A stretch of DNA of 64,000 nucleotides from a virus, in IMG/VR virus record IMGVR_UViG_3300033146_000850, positions 32,001-96,000 of that record. The stretch is one strand, 5' to 3'. Both the position numbers and the translations under genes were made by a program. The notes under the pieces are model-generated. The model worked only from the letters and a program-made list of their open reading frames with translations, ran no database searches and was not told the DNA's origin. This document shows, piece by piece, positions 59,080 through 64,000 of this stretch. Within the stretch, counting starts at the first letter, position 1. Each line of letters begins with the position of its first letter.

Positions 59080-61116
59080 ATGTACGAAGAATTAAAAAAG
59101 AAAATTTTGAAAATTAAAGGTAGATATTGGTATAAAGAATTAACTAATGATGAAATTAATATTATAATAAAAGAAACATCATTTTTACCTAATAAATATG
59201 ATATAAAAATAAGAAGAATATATTTTATACATAATTTAACAAGTTTACAAATATGCCCCACCTGTGGTAAAGAAATACAATGGGATAGAAAACATCAAAA
59301 ATTTGGAAAACGATGTAGTAAAGAATGTTATATCGTTCCTGATGGTGTAACTATTGACCAAATAAACAATGAAACCAACTTTTTACCATCAGATATATCC
59401 TTTAAAAATAGGGTAGGATATTATAGATTAAAAATTAAAAAATATAAAAAATGTTTAATATGTGATAAAGCGATTGATTTTGATAATAAACATTTAACAT
59501 TTCCCGATTACTGCTCATCTAAGTGTAGAAAACAAGGACAAAAATATATTAATGAAAAAAGGAAGGATTCTTGGTCTAATAAAAACAAAGAAGAGATATC
59601 TATAATCAACAATAAAAGAAAAAATACTGTAAATGAAAAATATGGAGTTGATAATGTGTTTCAAAATGAAGATATTAAGGTACGCTCTAATGAGAAACGA
59701 CAAAAAACTAATAATGAAAAATATGGGGTTAATTATTACATAATATCTGATGATTTTAAAGAAAAAAAGAAAAAAACATTACTTGAGACTGTTGGGGTAG
59801 ATAACCCTATGAAATTCGATGACTATAAAAATAATCAACAAGACTCATTATATGTGAATTATAATGTTAGAAATCCTATGAAATCTGAAACAATTAAACA
59901 GCGAGTAAAAGACACGAATAATGAAAAATATGGAGTTGATAATGTATTTCAAAATGATGATATTAAAGAAAAAATAAAGAAAACAGTGAATGAAAAATAT
60001 AATGTTGATTATTATTCACAAAGTAATGAATACAAAGAAAAAATAAAGAAAACACAACGTGAATCATACTGGGACTCTTTTATAACATTATTGAAACAAA
60101 AAAGAATCGAACCATTATTTGATAAACACGAATATATAACGTATAATTACGGTGAAAACAATAAAAAATATAAATGTTTAAAATGTGATAAATCATTTGA
60201 AACCGTTGAATTAAAAGTTCAAAAGATATATTGTAAAAAATGTGCAACAAGAATGTCACAATCAGAGCGAGAAATATCAGAATGGATAAAAGAAGAAAAT
60301 AAAAACATCAATATATTAACCAATAAATTTTTCAAAAATAGTGACAATAAACGTTATGAGCTTGACATATATTTACCAGATTTTAATATAGGGATAGAAT
60401 ATCACGGATTATATTGGCATAGTGAATTATATAAAGATAAAAACTATCATAAAAATAAATATGAATTTTTTAAAGAACAAGGAATTGAAGTTATTCAAAT
60501 ATTTGAAAATGAATGGGTTCTCAATCTAGAAATAGTCAAATCAATTATACGAACAAAAATAGGCGTGGTTAAACGAAAATTGTATGGTCGTCAATGTACT
60601 ATTCGTAGCATTGAAAACGATGAATATAAGCAATTTTGTGAGTTAAATCATTTACAAGGGTATGGAATAGCAAAAGTAAGACTGGGATTATATTATAATG
60701 ATGAATTAGTTCAAATAATGAGTTTTTCAACCCCTAGGTTCAATAAATCATATGATTGGGAAAACATCAGAACCTGTTCTAAAATCAACACAATAATAAC
60801 TGGTGGATTTTCCAAATTATTAAAACATTTCAAGAAAAACTATAAAGGTTCAATAATAAGTTATGTAGATGCTCGATATTTTAATGGTAAAGGTTATATT
60901 AACAATGGTTTTGAAAAAATAGGACATAGTAATCCAAACTTTTTTTATTTTAAAACACAATCTATAATATTAGAGAATAGAATGAAGTTTCAAAAACATA
61001 AATTAAAAGATATTCTAAATAACTACAATGAGAATGTAACATCTAATGTTAATATGTTGAATAATGATTATTTAAGAATATTTGATGCTGGGAATATAAT
61101 ATTAAAACATAAATAA
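59080..61116 (+). mobile_element. Free-standing homing endonuclease-like gene (Zn fingers, EKYGVDN repeats, PD-(D/E)xK/Vsr-like nuclease, Hef-like C-terminus)
   Basis: CPTCG/CLIC/YCSSKC motifs; repeated NEKYGVDNVFQ; SQSE...YELDIYLPDFNIGIEYHGLYWH...IFENEW; NHLQG...SYVDARY...RIFDAG. Confidence 0.8.
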
Positions 61117-61133
61117 AAACATATTAAATAACA

Positions 61134-61790
61134 ATGGGGTATGATATGATTAATTTTAAAGATTTTTTAGTTCAAAATAATATAGAGCAATATATAACCG
61201 AAGAAATGATAGAACATTATATAACAAGAACAACTAAACATGTAAATTTAGTAAAAGCTAACGGTAACTATATTATAAATAATATGAGCATTCCAGATGA
61301 CCAAAAATTTGAATTTTTAAATTTATTATCTGTTCACGATAAAAGTAAATTTGAGAATCCTGAAAAAGATTTATATGTGTTAATATCGTGGAAATATCAC
61401 ATAGAAGAGGATAAATTTAAAGAAATGAATTTACCCCAATGGCTACAAGAAAAAATGGTTAAAATATCAGAGGTTCACTTGAAAAACAATAAACATCATC
61501 CTGAATATTGGGATGATAATTTAATATCTGGATTTTTAGATACACAAGATAGAGATGATATAGATGACAATCTGATAGTTAACGCAAAAAAAATGCCAAA
61601 TATAAACATATTAGAAATGGTGTGTGATTGGACGGCTATAAGTCAAGAAATGCACAATAACTCGGATTCAACCCAATGGGCTAATGACAATGTAAATAAA
61701 AGATGGTTATTTAGTGATGAACAAGTTAATTTAATATATAAAGCAATAAAAACATTAACCAATTTTAAAAATTTTAAAGAATCTATCTAG
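61134..61790 (+). CDS. DUF5662-like HD-type protein with capsid-targeting-like N-terminus
   Basis: H...HDKSK...H...HHPEYW...EMVCDW; probable start 61146 MINFKDFL...YITEE; CATAAATA at 61108. Confidence 0.65.
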   Translation: MGYDMINFKDFLVQNNIEQYITEEMIEHYITRTTKHVNLVKANGNYIINNMSIPDDQKFEFLNLLSVHDKSKFENPEKDLYVLISWKYHIEEDKFKEMNLPQWLQEKMVKISEVHLKNNKHHPEYWDDNLISGFLDTQDRDDIDDNLIVNAKKMPNINILEMVCDWTAISQEMHNNSDSTQWANDNVNKRWLFSDEQVNLIYKAIKTLTNFKNFKESI

Positions 61791-62400
61791 GAATCAAATA
61801 ATCATCAGGTTGTGGGATAATCTGAACCCCCTCAGCATTAAATATTTTCATATATAAAAAATAGAATGTAGCATTTGCAGTTAAATATTCTGAATTTTGT
61901 GCATCCAATTCCAATCCACTTATACTACTAACCCAAGAATCAACAAATGTAAATTTCAATACTTTTTGATGTTGTCTATCCGTTACTATTATGTCTATAT
62001 CTCTATATTCAATAGGGTGTTGGTTTGAATTATTAATAACACTGTTTAATGGATTATCTTTATGTTTATAATTCATAGGGTCAAATCCAGGGGTATGGCT
62101 TTGTAATAGTTTTTCAGGGTCTTTTAATCTATTCAACCAACCAGCTATACCCAAATAAGAATTTAAGTTGTCATCAACCAATATGTCTAAATTTAAGGGG
62201 TCATAATCCATTCTACCTTGTGATGGGAAATATATAACATTTTGGTTAACATCAACTGTTGCTGGATTAATAGTCATAGATGGTATTTTAAAATTTTTAA
62301 TATAGAAAGTAACATCCCCACTATCAAACAGGTTATCACCTTTTATTATGCAATAATAATTATCACTTTCTTGGAAATTTATATTTATATTAGAAGTCAT
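61783..62400 (-). CDS. Tail completion / tube-terminator protein (T4 gp3/gp19 fold)
   Basis: FYIKNFKIPSM...YDPLNLDILVDDNLNSY..I.GWL...FVDSWVSSISGLELD...ATF.F. Confidence 0.7.
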   Translation of the reverse strand: MTSNININFQESDNYYCIIKGDNLFDSGDVTFYIKNFKIPSMTINPATVDVNQNVIYFPSQGRMDYDPLNLDILVDDNLNSYLGIAGWLNRLKDPEKLLQSHTPGFDPMNYKHKDNPLNSVINNSNQHPIEYRDIDIIVTDRQHQKVLKFTFVDSWVSSISGLELDAQNSEYLTANATFYFLYMKIFNAEGVQIIPQPDDYLIPR

Positions 62401-62409
62401 ATGACACCT

Positions 62410-62931
62410 CTAAATAATTTTTTTATTTTGGAAATTGATTGGTATAGTATCTCTATCATACCAACCAACATCTAATATATCTCTAAACACTGCCATATCA
62501 TAATTCGGACAAGTTTTCCCATTTGCCTTGGGTGTTTCGTAATGACCCATAACATTAGAGATATCGATATCATGATTAGTTATTAATTCATTAGTTATAT
62601 TATATAATGAATCAAACTGTTCATACGTAAAATTATCGACACCGATTATACATATACCAATACTTCTACTATTATATCCTAAAGCGTGAGCACCAATTTC
62701 CGGTCCAATTAAGACACCATCACCATTAATACGTCTCCCAATTTCTATTTGACCATCTAACGATTTTAAATAATATCCAGGTCGTATCTGACCATTCATA
62801 ATGACAAAATGATACCCAATATCTGACCATCCACGTTCAGTATGCCAATCCCTAATAACATTAACATCACCCCATTTTGAATCAGAACAATGTATTATAA
62901 TACTATCAATCATTCCCATAATATTCTCCAA
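62410..62931 (-). CDS. N-acetylmuramoyl-L-alanine amidase (Amidase_2, T7-lysozyme-like)
   Basis: IIIHCS, WH..RGWSDIGYHFVI, GAHALGYNSRSIGIC, GHYE and KTCP. Confidence 0.93.
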   Translation of the reverse strand: MENIMGMIDSIIIHCSDSKWGDVNVIRDWHTERGWSDIGYHFVIMNGQIRPGYYLKSLDGQIEIGRRINGDGVLIGPEIGAHALGYNSRSIGICIIGVDNFTYEQFDSLYNITNELITNHDIDISNVMGHYETPKANGKTCPNYDMAVFRDILDVGWYDRDTIPINFQNKKII

Positions 62932-62955
62932 TATATGTAAATATAGTATTATTTA

Positions 62956-63102
62956 TTAATTAGATTTGAATAATTGTTGAGATTCAGGCAGAGTTCTTTC
63001 GATGATTTCATTTTTATAACCGTTGAGTTTTAAAATGAGTGCTTCTATTTCATAATATGTTAAATTTGAAAAATCAATATCATTAATATCTATTCTAATC
63101 AT
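62956..63102 (-). CDS. 48-aa hypothetical protein
   Basis: ATG overlaps the dUTPase stop (ATGA); open to TAA at 62956. Confidence 0.45.
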   Translation of the reverse strand: MIRIDINDIDFSNLTYYEIEALILKLNGYKNEIIERTLPESQQLFKSN

Positions 63103-63632
63103 TTTCCTGAATCTCCAAACCCTGAATAACCTCTATCAGAACCACTAGAAAACTCATCAACAACTCTTAATTTATCATTATTAGGTATAAAAGATGTAGA
63201 AAACAACATTTGTCCAATTCTATCATCACAATTAATATTGAAATCATCATTACTTAAATTGATAAGAATAACCCCAATATCATCTAAGTATCCGTTATCA
63301 ACTGTGCCAGGTGAATTTACCAAACCAATACCATATTTTATAGCCATACCACTTCGAGGTCTAACTTGGATATCAGGTATATTATAACCACCATCAACAA
63401 CAATAGATGGTTTAGGTTGTTTAATCTGTATTCCAGTTTTAATTAAAACTCTTTCCATTGGTTTCAACACGAATGTTGAACAATCATCATCAAACCATAC
63501 AGGGTCTTGAATTTTACCATTTTTAACAGTAGAGTATCCTCTAGCTCTTAAATCAAAACCACTATCAAAATCATTTGCTTGTACAGGCATTACAGCACCG
63601 TGTGTTAACTTTATTTCATACATCATACTCAC
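63099..63632 (-). CDS. dut: Trimeric dUTPase
   Basis: SGFDL, RPRSG, NSPGTVDNGY, RIGQ and RGYSGFGDSG motifs. Confidence 0.95.
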   Translation of the reverse strand: MSMMYEIKLTHGAVMPVQANDFDSGFDLRARGYSTVKNGKIQDPVWFDDDCSTFVLKPMERVLIKTGIQIKQPKPSIVVDGGYNIPDIQVRPRSGMAIKYGIGLVNSPGTVDNGYLDDIGVILINLSNDDFNINCDDRIGQMLFSTSFIPNNDKLRVVDEFSSGSDRGYSGFGDSGK

Positions 63633-63638
63633 TCCTTA

Positions 63639-63932
63639 TTATTCAATTTCATCAGGTAAATCTTCGGCACCTGATATTTCATCATCATAAGAAATTAAAA
63701 CCTGTGTACCTCTTATCCCATAAAACTTATGAGGTAAAGTTGTTAAACTATCATCTATTTTCTTTACTTTAAATGTTACTTTCAAATTAATAGTATCCAA
63801 TTGACTAAGATTAACTTCTAATTCATCAACACTATTAACTATATGCTCAAATCCCTCGGCTACCATCACGACTTTTCCATCATCGTTAAATCTAACACTA
63901 CCAACTTCTCTTGATTCATAAGAATCACCCAT
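63639..63932 (-). CDS. Hypothetical protein (may extend beyond the window)
   Basis: ORF upstream of dut; start uncertain near the window edge. Confidence 0.45.
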   Translation of the reverse strand: MGDSYESREVGSVRFNDDGKVVMVAEGFEHIVNSVDELEVNLSQLDTINLKVTFKVKKIDDSLTTLPHKFYGIRGTQVLISYDDEISGAEDLPDEIE

Positions 63933-64000
63933 TGTTTCTTTAGCTACTGCATAATATTTTGCAATAAAACCACAACCTCTATCGAATTTTAATTTTGTAC

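Noticed and set aside
1-64000. Stop-codon reassignment, tRNA genes, introns or inteins
   Set aside because: Core genes are intact in the standard code and end in TAA, TAG or TGA. I saw no cloverleaf, split core gene or intein motif by eye; tRNAscan and Infernal were not run.

Overview
A 64 kb, very AT-rich segment of a large T4-like (myovirus-type, probably jumbo) phage genome, read in the standard genetic code. All protein calls come from motif recognition by eye; no database searches were run. Layout: (1) 1-11.7 kb, a cluster of modular fibre/decoration-like virion proteins. (2) 11.7-21.7 kb, auxiliary genes: radical SAM, PIN-PhoH, HAD nucleotidase, GroEL, two Hsp20-like proteins, ClpX, Nudix and GGCT. 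(3) 21.7-30.6 kb, replication and regulation: gp44, gp62, RegA, RuvC-like, sigma-70-like factor, RNase H, GHKL ATPase and DinG-like helicase. (4) 31.6-59 kb, baseplate and head morphogenesis: gp6, gp7-like, a 2711-aa DUF4815-like protein, gp48, gp53, gp27-like, gp5, gp4, portal, protease, scaffold and major capsid. (5) 59-64 kb, homing endonuclease, HD-like protein, tail completion protein, amidase and dUTPase. The most notable observation concerns two fibre-cluster genes (2298-3848 and 8080-9483) that share a diverged ~400-aa C-terminal domain I do not recognise. Each is immediately followed by a non-coding element of exactly three tandem 30-32-nt repeats with compensatory base-pair changes (3869-3999 and ~9497-9600). 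Each element has a T4-late-type ATAAATA motif just before it and a U-rich 3' end. The two elements share architecture but not sequence. This suggests cognate pairs of three-fold pseudo-symmetric structured ncRNAs and probably trimeric virion fibre proteins. That interpretation is an inference and needs experimental testing.
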